From the NCBI RefSeq assembly GCF_902459465.1, contig NC_047083.1, positions 930,001 to 994,000 on the forward strand: 64,000 nt of DNA. Reading direction: 5' to 3'. Source of the stretch: Asterias rubens. Its lineage: Eukaryota. Below, in pieces: positions 10,653-23,594 of the stretch. Position numbers and translations under genes: made by a program. Within the stretch, counting starts at the first letter, position 1. Each line of letters starts with the position of its first letter. The notes under the pieces are model-generated. The model made no database searches. It was not told the origin of the DNA and saw only the letters and a program-made list of their open reading frames with translations.

Positions 10653-13600
10653 ATGGAAGGTTGTGGCGGCAAGTGTATGAAATTCTTGCTTATTGTTATC
10701 AACTTTATTGTCGCAGTAAGTACCGTATTTTAATAAAGAGAAAATAGAATTTGCTTTTGCCTACTGCTTACCAACCAAACGGACCTTCGGTATAAATCCA
10801 AAACCCATTTGTTAACCTCTCACAACATATTTGTTTGAACCATGGAGGAAGAAAACTTTGTTTTAAATCTCTGGAGTCTGTACAGCGCGTTTGGACTACG
10901 TGTGTAATCCACTTAAACAAAACAAAAAATTATTACTCTGTGAAGAATTTAATAACACCCCCCTGTCTTTGTGAACCTCTATTTTTTAGGCTTTGAGTGA
11001 GAGTCTGCTAGGGTCGATCTATTTCTTGAATCTGAAAATGATCTTTGTTAAGAATAACAACTTAGATAATTTCAATACCAAATGGGAGCCTTTTCTATTG
11101 CTATGTACTAACTAATTTATTCCATTTCATAAAATTTCCTGTTTTTGTTGAATGCTGTTTTTTCTTTACAATAGTACTAAAAGTACGTTGGTTTTACAAG
11201 TAGTTTGTGTAGTGTTGTACATTTAGAAAAACTAAATAAAATTCCCCCTCCAAGGAAAAAATAAATAAATAAATTCTTGAACCTCTACTTTCATCAGCTA
11301 AGTGGACTCGGTTTGATAGCAACCGGTTTGATAATCAAGTTTGGCATCTCAGACTGGATACCCATCGACGAGATCGCTGCACTGCTGGACAGTCAACTGC
11401 TTAGGAGCGCCGTCTACATGATCATCGCTGCAGGTGGCTTTGTATTCTTGGTGTCAGTATGTGGATGCTTGGGAGCGATGTGTGAGAACAAGTGCCTCCT
11501 GGTACTGGTAAGTAAGACATAAGACATAAGAAAACTTTATTGATCTGCAAAAGAAGAAATTGCATTGCTCACACAAGTTTTTACAGAATAATTTTTGCTA
11601 AAAATATGCAAAAATTGTGAACCAGCACTTATCTTTTATACAAAGCGTTAGAAAACGTAATACCCATGGGGACAAAAGAGCAAAGATGACAGTTAGTGCG
11701 AGCAGCCGGCAGTCTCATCCTACCACTTCTAGGAATAATGTGATCAGTAAGTTCTCCATGAAGCGGGTGGCTATCATCGTCTAAAATACGACGAAACAGA
11801 CTTGGTGAAGAGAGTCCACCGACGGCAAACACGGAGCGCCTGGGAGCGATTTTTATCAGGGATGAGATTGTTCAGACTTTTGGCTGAATTAAGACTTTGA
11901 TGTTGGCTTGATGAAGAAGATCAGACAATATTTTGTCCACAAATAAAGAAATCCTGCTCATTGGTCTACTTCTCTAGTGCTCTAATACTGTTTCCAAAAG
12001 CTCCTTGAAATCTATAACCCCAGGGGGTACCAAATGGTAGAAATGCCATCATTTCAACATACCTTTGAATTTGTATCCAAGTTTCAAACTTTTTCGTTAG
12101 TAATGACTCTCACCCCTGTTTATGAAACATGTAAGCAGCAGTTTTGTGCTTCAGTCTGTGCTTAACAATTTTCTGCTAAGCGAAAATGAGCAGGATACCA
12201 GTCGCCAATTGTACATGTAGGCTGGTAACCTTTTTCTGGTTAGCATGTGCTTAGCTACTTTTTGTGCCTGAACAGCTCCATGAAGTTGGGCCCAGAAGAA
12301 TTCAAAATCCTGGGGGAAAACATCTGTTAACTTCTGTTTACTGTCTGTGTACCTAGTACTTATCTGTTTACTTAGTACAATTGTTGGCAGCGCTTTAGGA
12401 ACCTCACGGTGATACGCGCTACTTAAGAATGAATTTTTGTAAAAATTATTATGCTTAATTTGTCTGTATTTCTGGTTTATCCCGCTAGTATTTCTTGCTG
12501 CTGTTCATCGTGTTTGCCGCCCAGATCGCTGCCGGCATCTTTGCCGCTCTGTACACCCGGCAGATTGAGAGCTACTTGGAGGTTGAGGGCGTCGACTTCT
12601 TGAAAAACAGCTACGGCCTAATGAACAGCACCAAGAATGAGTTGGGCACCGCTGCATGGGACCTCGTCCAGGAGAAGGTAACAGGAAATAATAACCACTG
12701 TATTTTTGTCTCATAGACACTGGACACTATTGGTAATTGTCAAAGACCAGTCTTCTCACTTGGTGCATCTCAACATATGCATAAAATATCAAACCTGTGA
12801 AAATTTGAGCTTACAGGCAAGAAAGGTGCATGAACACCATTAAACTATAAAACGCTGAAAAACTAGAAATATAATGTGAAGTTTTTCTGTCTATTCTCAG
12901 TTGAACTGCTGCGGTGTGAATGGTAAAGGAGACTACTTAGGAAATAACAATGTCAACAACACTGCAGGAGACTATCCAGTTTCCTGCTGTACTGAAATAC
13001 CATGCAAACTGAATGCCGTCAAGACTAGGGTAAGTAAGAAGTGGCGAAGGTACAAGTTGGAAACAAAGTTGTGTGTACATTTTTGGTGAACAATGATAAA
13101 TTACTTTTGTATTATGGTCAACTCTCGTTATAAAGATCGCTGTTATTTCGACAACTATAATGCATGTGTACGATTAGCTTCCTCGGGTCGTCCCCGATCT
13201 GCCCCCGGTGCGTCCGAATAGCTTTGACGTCATTCCAGGGGCTCACCCAGGTCAGCCCCAAGTGCCCTGCTTGTGGACAAGTCACTTGGGGCTGGCCTGA
13301 GGTGCATGGCATCACCACGAGATTAGCTCTTGTCTGGGGCTCACCCGAATGAGTAGCGCAGGGTCGACCTGGGGAAGCTAATCGAACGCACCCAATATAA
13401 AGAGCATGTTGCTAAGACCACTGTTATGAAGAGGTAATTTTGCCAGTCCCAACGACCTAGTTATAGTGAGCGTCGACTGTACTTTTAGAATCATTTTTAT
13501 GTCCCACCGGTGTAGCAAGCCAGAGGGGCATTCAGTGTTTGCCATGCCCTTCTGAGTGTGTATAGTGCATGTGAGTAGGGAAACACACATTCAAATCAGG

Positions 13601-14530
13601 GACCCCAAACAAAAGAGGGCAATACATGTATAGGGTCCACGTTTCAGGAAAGGTCTACAGTTGGAAAATGTGTACAAAACCAACAGGAGCTGTTGTAAAA
13701 AAAAGTACAAACAAAAGAGGGACTAGAATGTACATGGTTGCAGGAATATACAAGCTTGGGTGGGTGTGAGTAGGTATACACATTCAAACCGGGAACCTAT
13801 AACAAAAGAGGACAATGGAGTCCGAGGTTCATGGAAGGTCCACAGTCGGAAAACGTTTACAAAATCAACAGGAGCTGTTGCATAAAAAAGTTAAATAAAA
13901 CAGTAGAGTATAAATAAAAAGGAGACATTAGGAGGTCCACGATTGTAGGCATATACACACTTTTATCATAACATTTTTGTGGTTAAAATTTTACAGAACT
14001 GCGGGACTGCACTTAAACTCCTGATTGCAGATTACGGTACAATCATCGGAGCTACTGCGGTTGGTGTTGCTTTCTTTGAGGTAAGAGCGCCCTCTATTGT
14101 CAAGCCACTTTGTCAAGTTTTACTTGATAATTATGTTTACTTATTTTAAATCCATTAGGGATGCTACTTTTTGTTTCTGTTTTACGGTTTCTTATGTATC
14201 TGTTCTTAGTTTCTTTACTTCGCATTTTTACCTGTGAAATTAATAGCCTTCGAGAAAGACTCTGCTAGGGTCGAAACGTCAGGCCATTAACTATTTTTTG
14301 CATTTATACTCTCGGTCCATTTGGTTGGTAAGTTGTTTGCAACAGCTAATTCTATTTTCTCAAATTAATAAATCCACAAAAAACTGCACTAACGACCCGC
14401 GCTGACAATAGGGTACTCATTATTTGATATCAGTCATTTTCTAATGAATCGTGTTTTTTTGTTTGTTATACAGTTGTGCTGCATGCTTCTGGCAATCTGC
14501 GTCTGTAGGAATATCGGTGACGACTTGTAG
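10653..14530 (+). CDS. Tetraspanin gene 1 (243 aa, 6-Cys EC2); join(10653..10715,11298..11507,12489..12677,12901..13029,13997..14080,14474..14530)
   Basis: Hand-spliced exons give MEGCGGKCMKFLLIVINFIVA/LSGLGLIATG...GCLGAMCENKCLLVL/YFLLLFIVFAAQIAAGIFAALYTRQ...AWDLVQEK/LNCCGV...YPVSCC...C/NCG...VGVAFFE/LCCMLLAICVCRNIGDDL*. There are four hydrophobic segments plus the CCG and PxSCC motifs. All introns are GT-AG and phase 0. An acceptor at 10605 implies an unlocated 5' UTR exon upstream. Confidence 0.95.
11629..11850 (-). mobile_element. 3' end of a non-LTR retrotransposon ORF2 (L2/CR1/Rex1-type) in tetraspanin-1 intron 2
   Basis: Translation ...RRILDDDSHPLHGEL...PRSGRMRLPAARTNCHLCSFVP... resembles the ILxDxSHPLH...PSGRRxR...RTxRxxxSFVP tail of these clades (recognised by eye). 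It is cut at 11857 by a MITE. Confidence 0.7.
11857..12118 (+). mobile_element. MITE CAGGGATGAG..CTCACCCCTG (second copy 20236-20507)
   Basis: Two dispersed homologous copies with short TIRs. Flanking duplications are TTTAT and TATTTAT respectively. Confidence 0.7.
13160..13393 (-). mobile_element. GC-rich MITE with TIR GGTGCGTTCGATTAGCTTCC (second copy about 31226-31430, opposite strand)
   Basis: About 30-bp imperfect TIRs. The reverse complement aligns by eye with 31226-31430. Confidence 0.65.
14246..14285 (+). ncRNA. Hammerhead-like motif in tetraspanin-1 intron 5
   Basis: gcct TCGAGAA a gactc tgcta gggtc GAAA C GTC aggc. Stems I and II pair and there is a GUC triplet. The core has U3-A8 plus U4C. 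Confidence 0.5.
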
Positions 14531-16420
14531 ACTTGTTTCCTCCTCATTTAGTCAGGCAGCTAGCTACCTAGCTAAACAGCTCAATGTCATCACATCACCA
14601 GTTTCGTCAGCGGTTTAAAAAAATAGAATGTGAAGTGTGCTTGGCTTGAGAGTTACATAACATTTCAGCTAAGTTTCTGTGTCAACTAGAAATAATCCAA
14701 ACAGTCGTTTCAGTCAACTTCGTAGACTTGATAAAATTTCCCCAGGTTTTGTCCAAAACAATAAGGTAAAAAGTATGATTTTCTAGCATTTTTAACGACC
14801 TTTAATGTACACCCTGGTGTATGCAAAGTACGATCATAAACAAAATCTGTAAAAAGTTTGGATTTCAGAAGTTTTTTTGTAGATAAGCAAGGTTCCTGAT
14901 GAGACAACAGAAATATATTATATACAGTACTGAGTGCCTGTCTCATTATGGCCTCCAGAGGGCGTGCTTTAGTTTTTTTATTAACACAACCATGAGCAAG
15001 TTTGATCAGCGACCATTTGTCAACCACTAGTCAATGTTCCATGGTTAACTATGCATGATGAACATCCTGGGTACCAGGCAAAATCGCCCAATGGTCGACA
15101 ATAGTCAACTTTCGAACTTGCTCCATGGTTGCTCAACTGTTGGAGCCGTATTCCATTTGGCGGCTGTGGCTAGGACAGTTTCTAAGAATGTTGGTATGGA
15201 CACCCTATACTTCAATGCATGCTGATGCGGCTATCCAGGTTAGCCGAAGTCGCCATGTTGATCATGGCCTATTACTTTAAATTGAGATTTTATTCAAAAC
15301 ATACGGCGGCGATTCATGCTTTAATTTGGTACGTTCACCCCTCCAGAAATAATCATAGAGAGTTAAAAGAAAGATGATGTAAATAGTTCTCTAGAAAGGT
15401 ACAACAGGGAAACAATTTTGAAGAAAACAAATTAATTAAGTAAAGAAACGTCAAGAACGTCTGGTATTGCTAAAAAAAATGGCCTTGTAGAATAAAAGCT
15501 TTTTGCTTGTACAGTATTACACAGCTTAGCTGGTCGACCGTAGTTGAACGAGGCTCGGAAATTGTACACAGTGGTTGCACACAATGGAAATCTGCATATT
15601 TTGGATGCTTGAAGATTAAACTCACCGTTCGAGAACTTATAAAATATAAAAGTAAACGTTGTGTACGCAAAAAAAACTATTTCTTCTTTTCTATTCCTGT
15701 GTAGCCTAAATGTAAGGTGTGAGTTTTAGAGTAAAACTGTTGTATCAAGTTTTGCATCTCTGTAAAAAAAATATTTGTCTTGGAAAACAAATTGCTGTGA
15801 TGTTATCAACGTTCTGGGAAAAAAATGGACACAAAATGATGTTAGTGGCCCTGCGCCATGGATAAAGGTGATTCAAATGTTAAGTGCTAATGGGTGTTAT
15901 GTGATAGTCGTTTCATATCCTGAGTGAGGGGCCATCAAACATGGTAACAATGATATCAGGATTGGAACATTTTTATTTATTTTTTTTTTCCCTTTTAAAC
16001 ATATTTTCTTAACAAGGAAAACAAAATTGCATTATTTTCCCAGAATGGTTTACGAAAACAAATTATTTATGTGTGTTCTACCTCGGTCACGTCTATGAGA
16101 TTTTGTGAGGGATGCTGCCATGCGCCAAGAAAGAGACGGAAAAAAAAACACATATACAAATATCAGTCTTTCATGAATAAGGATTATAATGGTTGGGCTA
16201 GAAGTATAGAATTAGCATAACTGACTCTGATTGGGTGGTTGATAAAAGTTTACATACTAGGCAGTTGTGGTTGGACCAATGAAAAGGCTTCTATTTCTTG
16301 ATATGTGACTAGCTGCCTGAAACATCAATAATGATTGGTCAGAAAAGGGCCATGGTTCATGCAGGGCTCGGCTCATTTGATTGGCTTATTGTGCATATGA
16401 AATAATACATGCCTACACAT

Positions 16421-16803
16421 TTAAAGCCAGTGGACACTATTGGTAGTTGTCAACGATCAGTCTTCTCACTTGGTGTATCTCAACATATGCATAAAATAAA
16501 CCTGTGAAAATTTGAGTGCGATCGGTCGTCGGAGTTGCGAGATAACTATGAAAGAAAAAAACACCCTTGTCACACGAAGTTGTGTGCTTTCAGATGCTTG
16601 ATTTAGACACATCAAGTTCTAAACTTGAGGTCTCGAAATTAAATTCGTGGAAAATTACTTCTTTCTCCAAAACTCTGCACTTCAGAGGGAGCTGTTTCTC
16701 ACAAGGTTTTATACTATCAACCACTCCCCATTACTCATTACCATGTCAGGTTTTATGCCAACAATTATTTTGAGTAATTACCAATAGTGTCCACTGCCTT
16801 TAA
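16421..16803 (+). mobile_element. Kolobok-like MITE family K1 (TTAA TSD; TIR AGGCAGTGGACACTATTGGTAATT)
   Basis: TTAA|AGCCAGTGGACAC...GTGTCCACTGCCT|TTAA, about 380 bp, with many copies in the window. Confidence 0.85.
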
Positions 16804-19365
16804 GCGCTGTTCAAATATATTTTTCGTGGGCTGATGTGAAATAGTTCTAAGAACTTTTGCAGAAAGCAACTGTCCAGATCTAGAAAGTAGAATTTATGTG
16901 AAGACTTGTGTATACTGTAGGGGTTTAGTTTGGAACAAGTTATGGTAGTTGGGTTGTTCAAAATGGACAAAGCATCGCGTGATTGTCAGTATCAGGACTT
17001 CAAAGAAAGGAGATTGGTATTGTTTGAGGAAAGTATTCCTAGATACAGATTTTGACATTCAAACTAAGATCATTCCTGGTTCAAAATTTGAAGAAGAAAA
17101 AAAAGTACTTTACAGTTCCAGTATTTTGACTTAAATTATTGACGAGGTTGTTTGTGGACATTTGAAGGGTTTGTGCTCTGATGTTGGCTGTGGTAGTGTG
17201 CTTTAAATTTGCATACTGTATTAAATATTCTGCATATTGATGAGCTGTGGGACATTTTTTTATGAATATTAATAATCATCTTTTACAAAGAAAAATATGT
17301 TTTACTCATGAAGTTTAAAGTAGTAGCTTTCTCTAGTGTATATTGTTAATAATTGTTGAGGCTTTGTAGATTTTATCTTTCAACAAGTATTTTTATGTTT
17401 TTTTGTGAGTTACGGGAATGGAATTTTTCGCGATTCAGTACGAAAAAAAACCCACAAAAAATAAAACAAATAAAGATATTAAGAAGGTGGTTGTGCCTAA
17501 AGCTGACACCCCTGTTGAACAGAGTTCTTGCGACTATCCTTTATAAATACTAATACGTTGGAAGGTTCCATTTGTGTAAAAAAGGGGTGGTTTATGTACA
17601 GGCTGTGTGATCAATTGAATATGCGAATGGTTGAAAAGAAAACAACATTAACAGTCAAATAGAATCATGTACTAAGACACGGTTTGAAAATGTAATAATA
17701 TTATTTCCAAACAATTGAAAAAGGTCAGGAAAGAAATTATAAAAAGTGCGTACTAGAAATTAGAAGCGACTTAGTGGTAATTAAATTAATGACACAAACA
17801 ATTGAATTTCAATGTACTTATATACTATGTGTACTCGTTACTATTTTAACAGTAAGAACCTGTGTGTCTGTTAAGCCATTTGTACAGTCTTTCCAAAATG
17901 TCTGGTGTTTATTCATTCTCGAAACCGTAGACTAAAGTGCTATTCACACAACAGCCGTTTAACTGGGGTCCCTAGCTTAATTTTAGCAAGGCTGTAAAAT
18001 GTAGCAATGTTTGACAAGATTTTGCAAGAGAACTTTGACAGTAGAAAAAAAATTGTTGTCCTTTCACACAAGATACATTTTTTTAAATTTTACAACCATG
18101 CTACAATTTAGCAAGGAACCCTTGCTAGATTGCTGTCGTGTGAAAGGGGCTAAACTTTGCATGAGTGTGTACAAGATTTTGTATGTATATAATAGACCTG
18201 TCGGGACTTGTGTTTAATCTTATCCAGTAGGAGTTGTAGAGAAATAATGCCCTGAAATTAGGTAAAACTATTTAACTGTATATTTTGTACTTTTTTATAA
18301 ATGGGGGCTATGCCTGGTCCGCTGACTAAGACAAATTATCCAAGCAAACTTTCACCCATGAAATGGTGTTTTTTAGTCAGAATATTATTTTGAATAATTG
18401 AGTTTGAAAGTAACGCCCACGACTGTGGTGTCTTTTGGTAAAATGCAAGGAAACGAGGCCCTTTGAAATCTGTGAGATCTATGTTGGCTAGGGCCTAAGG
18501 CTCTAACAGGTTATGGCTTTGATCTTGGCTAGGGTTCTGGCTGTGGCTAGAGTTAAGGCTCTGGCTAGGGTTAAAGCTCTCCAACTGAGGCCAATGTGTA
18601 TGGCTTCTTCAGTGTTTACTATTGCTGTCATTCAAATGATCCTGAGATTATGTCCAATCGAAATTCACAAATTGCTTTTTTGCCCAATTATGTCACTTTT
18701 CCAGGTACCTTTCCAGTTTCAATCAGATGAGGTTGTTCTGAGCTATTTAAGACTGCCTTCGCAGGCTCATGAAATGTTATTGGGAGGGGGGTTGTATTAC
18801 TCGGAAAGATTGACTTTGGATCCCCTTCTTCTATGGTTGCTTTAAATACTTTTTAACTTTTACCGACATCTCTTGAAATACTTATCAACTACTTCTCTAT
18901 ATTTTATGTCAATTTGTTGCAGGGTTACATTTTGTAGGCGTACTATTTAAACAAATGTACTTTTATATTTTGTTTATTCTTTTTATTTCCCTGTAATAAT
19001 GTATGTTTTGTGGCTTTTGAAATTTTGTCTGAAGTATTTTTTTTACTTTTATTTAAACGGAATATTTGACAGTACCATAGTAGGAAAGTTATCATGTAAA
19101 ATAAAAAAACTAAAGACACTTAAAAAATGGACTTTGAAAAATTCTTTATTCTTTGATGAAAGGTCAATCTTTGAATTTACAAAGCCCCGCCTCGTGGTAC
19201 TCTGACCAATCACATCTTAGGCTGGTAACCCATAGTCATAACTAGCTAGTTTACTGTCTGGTTTACTGGCTGGTTCACTGGCTGGTTTAATTGCTTGTTT
19301 GGTGTCGCAATCTCATTTGATAGCTGCTCCGTTTGAATGCTAACATGCAAGCAGCCAGAACTTGT

Positions 19366-19556
19366 TTTGACCTCTTGCACGAGTGTCACACGCGGCAACT
19401 GAAGCCACGCTCACCATGATGGTGGTCAATAGGTTTATGTGTAAACGCCGCATCGCCTAAAATACGCACTTCTCTGAATAACACACGTTGACATTGACCA
19501 CCAAAATGGCGCATCCAAGATTATTCTGATGATGACGTCAGGTGAATTGGGTCAAA
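19366..19556 (+). repeat. Dispersed repeat (inverted copy at about 29340-29508)
   Basis: Shared CCACCAAAATGGCGCATC.AAGATTATTCTGATGATGACGTCAG.TGAATTGGGT. Confidence 0.7.
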
Positions 19557-21775
19557 AAGCCAGAATAGACTCCATAAATTTTTTTTTAAAGCTTAACAAA
19601 CTTTGAACTATAAGTTCGTTAAACTTTGACCTTTCTTTGAATGATGTTAAGTTCTTGGAACTGAATAAACCTTTTGACAATACCAGCAGTTATTGTCAAA
19701 GGTTACGGGAGATGGACAAAATCCATTATCAGCAGTAACAGACATTCCGAAGTGGCTTATTGTTGTTTACATTTACTGGTACTCAATTTGGCGTGCAAAC
19801 AAGAGATCTGAATGATCAAACTGAAAAACAAATTTATATTATTTGATGGTATAAAGAGTTATGTAATTTTGGTGCTTTTTATGAAAATATAAAACAAAAA
19901 CTGTACAAAGACAACTTTTTTGTTTTATTTAGTTTTTTTCTTGGCATGGATAACATTTGGTTAATTATAATTATACAAAAAGTGTGTTATAACAATGGAA
20001 GTAATTAAATTCCCCCTGTAATATTGTCAACTGGGAAGTGTTGTTTTGACTTAAATGAAATTATTAATGTTTATTGTCTTTAAAAGGTTAACATGTATCA
20101 TGCTGTAGACTTGTCTATGTAATCTTGTATCAATGGTGTCTCAATAATAACAGTGGAAAACCAAGGTGGTTGTTTTCTTGTTAACTTCTTATAATTGATG
20201 CTAAATTTACACCGAGGATCAAGAATATTATTTATCAGGGATGAGATTTTTCAGACTTCTGGCTGAATTCAGACTTTTTATGTCGGCCTGGTGACGAAAA
20301 ATCAGGCAGTATTTTTTCCACAAGTACAGAAATCCTGCTCTTTGGTCTACTTTCTCTAGTGCTGTAGACAACAATCCCAAAAAGCTTCTTGGCATCTATA
20401 ACTACAGAGGTTACCGACAGGTGGAAAAACTATCAGTTTAACATAACTTTGAATTTGCATCCAGGTTTCAAACTTTTTTTGTTAGTAATGATCGACTCTC
20501 ACCCCTATATTTATGTATTAAAAATAAGACAAGACATTTTTATGCAAGAGCAACACACAACGCTAAACATTGAAATGTAAAATTTTGATCAAAATAAAGA
20601 TTTAAACAAATTAAGCTTTCCTGGAGAGTTTTGATTTGACCCCTTTGCGGTTTGAGAATTTGACTTTTTTTAAAGTTTCATATTTGTTGATTTATTGGAA
20701 AATAAGTAGCTCTAAAACAAGTTTTGGACCATCTCTAAGTATTATGACCATTGCACCCAACATCTAAACTTGGGGTGGGAAGTGTAACTTGGTGCTTTCT
20801 TTTCAATAATACAAATTTATTAAGCGCACTTTCTAACGGCAAATCACTCGAGGTGCTTTCCTTGTAGCCTATGACAAACAGGTGTTGATATGGATTAGAA
20901 CTGACCTTTGAATTCCGAACACCTTTTTTTAATTCTTTTATTTAGGATTAAACTGGTAAACAAATTAACAAATTGCTGCTTGCATCTGTGTGGAATTGTT
21001 TTGTTTACTGTTTTTTTTTATCAAGAAAAGAGAATCTATGGAAACATTTAAATAATAATGCTTCCACATGTTTACAAGTATGAAGTATAGGCCTAATTAT
21101 ATTTAAAATTTAATCGTTTACTAAAAAACAAACTAAAAAAATGTAGGAAAAAAAATGCCTATAAACATTGAGTCTGCCGCCCCCAATGAACAAATTGGAT
21201 TGTGACGTAATGCGCTGGTCGTAAATTTATGTCATTTAATTATTTAAAAATAACAAGGGAAGAAGCAATTAGTCAATTTATGGGCGTGGCCAGTTTTAGG
21301 CTTGTGACTTCAGGTTAAAGGTCACAAAAAAAGACTGGTTCCCATACAATGGTTTCACTCGCGTTTGGTATTTTACATTGAGTGTACACAGGTACAAGAC
21401 TGGTAGTGAAAGTGTGAATGGCATATCAGTTTATGGCTTCAGTGTGTTGTATCGCAAAGTGAACGTTAACTACTACTCTGCCAGTATTTGGTGGGAATAT
21501 CACGTTTTTGTAGTTCCCAGGGAATATATTAAAGACGGATTTGCCGAAGCTTCATGGGCGAACTGTTAAACATTCGCTGTTGCTGAAAAAATGCTGCAGA
21601 AAGGTAGGAGAACGTTCAATCAATTTCGTGTGTTGAGTTTGGAAGTAGCCATTCAAATATTGTTGTGGTTTGGGTGTGCGCGCGTGATTGTGAGTGTGAT
21701 ATATTGATGAAAGTGAGTGCAGAAAGGACGTGGATGTGAGTCTAGGTTGTTGTGTCTTGTTTACATGGTTTATGT

Positions 21776-22157
21776 TTAAAGCCATTGGACCCTTTCAGTA
21801 CAGAAAACAAAACAAAAGTTCACAGATTTACAAATAATTTACAGGGTTTACAGAAGGTAATGGTGAAAGACTTCTCTTTAAATATTACTATTAGTCCATG
21901 AAATGCTTTACTTTTTGAGAAAACGGTAAAACAATATAAATTCTCATTAGCGATAATTACGGATTTGTTTTATAAACACATGTCATGACACGGCGAAACG
22001 CGCGAAAACAGGAGTGGGTTTTCCCGTTACTTTCTCCCGACTCTGATGTCCGATTGAGCCTAAATTTCCACAGGATTGTTATTTTATGTATAAGTTGTGA
22101 TACACGAAGTGTGGGACTTGGACAATACTGTTTACCGAAAGTGTATAATGGCTTTAA
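21776..22157. mobile_element. Kolobok-like MITE family K3
   Basis: TTAA AGCCATT...AATGGCT TTAA. A related truncated copy lies at 63454-63729. Confidence 0.7.
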
Positions 22158-23167
22158 GTGCACTAGTTTTCATGGCTTTCAACGGTTAAGTTGCCGATGT
22201 ATAAAAATTGTCTTTCCTTTTGCATCCTTTATCCTAGTCCGAGTTAATTAATACAGTTGAGTTGCTTACACTTGTGAGTATGAGATTGAGAGAATGCAAC
22301 AACAAAAATCCTTGTTTTTTAAACTTTATAAAGTTAAGGATAACTTTCCGTTATGGCTCCACCACTTTTTCACCCTTTTTTTACAAAAAGGGATAACTCA
22401 TTGAGCCTTTGTTGAGGTAAATTAGATACTATAATTATTTCATCTCGAATGAAAAAGTGGTGGCGCCATACAGAAACTTTTCCAAAGTTAAAATCCTGCT
22501 GGACATTTAATTTTTTATGAATTATTTCATGATGATGACGACTGGCCAGAAGCAAATTCAAAAATGTATTTTTAAAAAAGCATCGTTGGTTTCAGAGTTA
22601 CTTCAACCAGACTTAACTTTTGTACCGGGAAACTTAATATGGAAAATTACCAAAAAACACGTTTTTTTTTTAGCCAAACCTGATTGCGTAAATGTCAGAA
22701 TATACCTCTTATGTTGTTAGTTGTATTTATACAGGATTGCTCCTACGTACTACCTAGAAATAAAAGTGTCATCTGATCGTTGTTTTATTTTAATCTGAAA
22801 GCTTGCCGAGTAAGATTAAGATTAAGAAGTTTCCACGTTTACTCTAATATAGAGCTGTTTACCCTGTGAAACAATTTCCTTAAAATAAAGTCATATTGGA
22901 GAAAACAAATTTCAAAACAATGGTTCAAAACTTCAAATTACGCTTTAGTCAATTTTACTTTGTTCAACACAAAGTTAAAACATTAAATGAACTGTCTGCG
23001 ACTATTTGTCAGCTATACAAGTCCAGGGCACAAGTTTTGGGGAAAAAACACAAACCTAAAGAGCTGTTAGCCCAAAACCTTTACTTGATCAGAGAATATG
23101 TTACAAGACTATAATCAAAACCAGTGATGTATTATTCAAAAACACAAGACCACCCGACAGTTTACTG

Positions 23168-23315
23168 CTGTCGATTTCACCAAACTCTTCCTGACTTAGG
23201 ATTAATCTTAGGACTTAGGACGAGTTAAGTTCCGTATCCATAGACGTCAGGACGCATTGAACCCATTCTAAGTTATCGAGATAGGAGTATTCCTAGCGTA
23301 TTGTGAAATCGGCTG
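23168..23315 (+). mobile_element. Harbinger-like MITE H1 with CTG TSD
   Basis: CTG|CTGTCGATTTCACC...GTGAAATCGGCTG|CTG. Other copies are at 58591-58714 and 63466-63634. Confidence 0.7.
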
Positions 23316-23418
23316 CTGGACTTCTTGGGCCATAAGTTTATTGGCCCAATACACTAAAGCCCTAGCCTTTACCCTGTGGTCCAGTGTTTAGTTCAAGCCC
23401 GGCAGTCCTATGCATAAT

Positions 23419-23594
23419 CAGGGCTGTATGCTTTGTTTTTGAAAAGGCAAGGGCACCAAGGCATTTTCTTCTTGGTTAAGGGCACCCTATGATGAAATTG
23501 CAAATTTGTATTGGAGCATTTTAAGGGCACCAAGGCAATGACCAGGGGACACGGAGGCAATCGCCTTCGTTGCCTCCGTGAAGTATCTGGCCTG
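23419..23594 (-). mobile_element. CAGG..CCTG MITE with 6-bp TSD CATAAT
   Basis: CATAAT at 23413-23418 and 23595-23600. Confidence 0.75.

Noticed and set aside
16230-16384. Four CCAAT boxes spaced 46-58 nt apart
   Set aside because: No nearby exon or TSS evidence, and similar CCAAT-bearing stretches look repeat-derived (about 19203, 28735).
18485-18845. ORF with ALARV repeats
   Set aside because: Degenerate 18-bp GGCTAGGGTTAAGGCTCT tandem units, a low-complexity repeat remnant.
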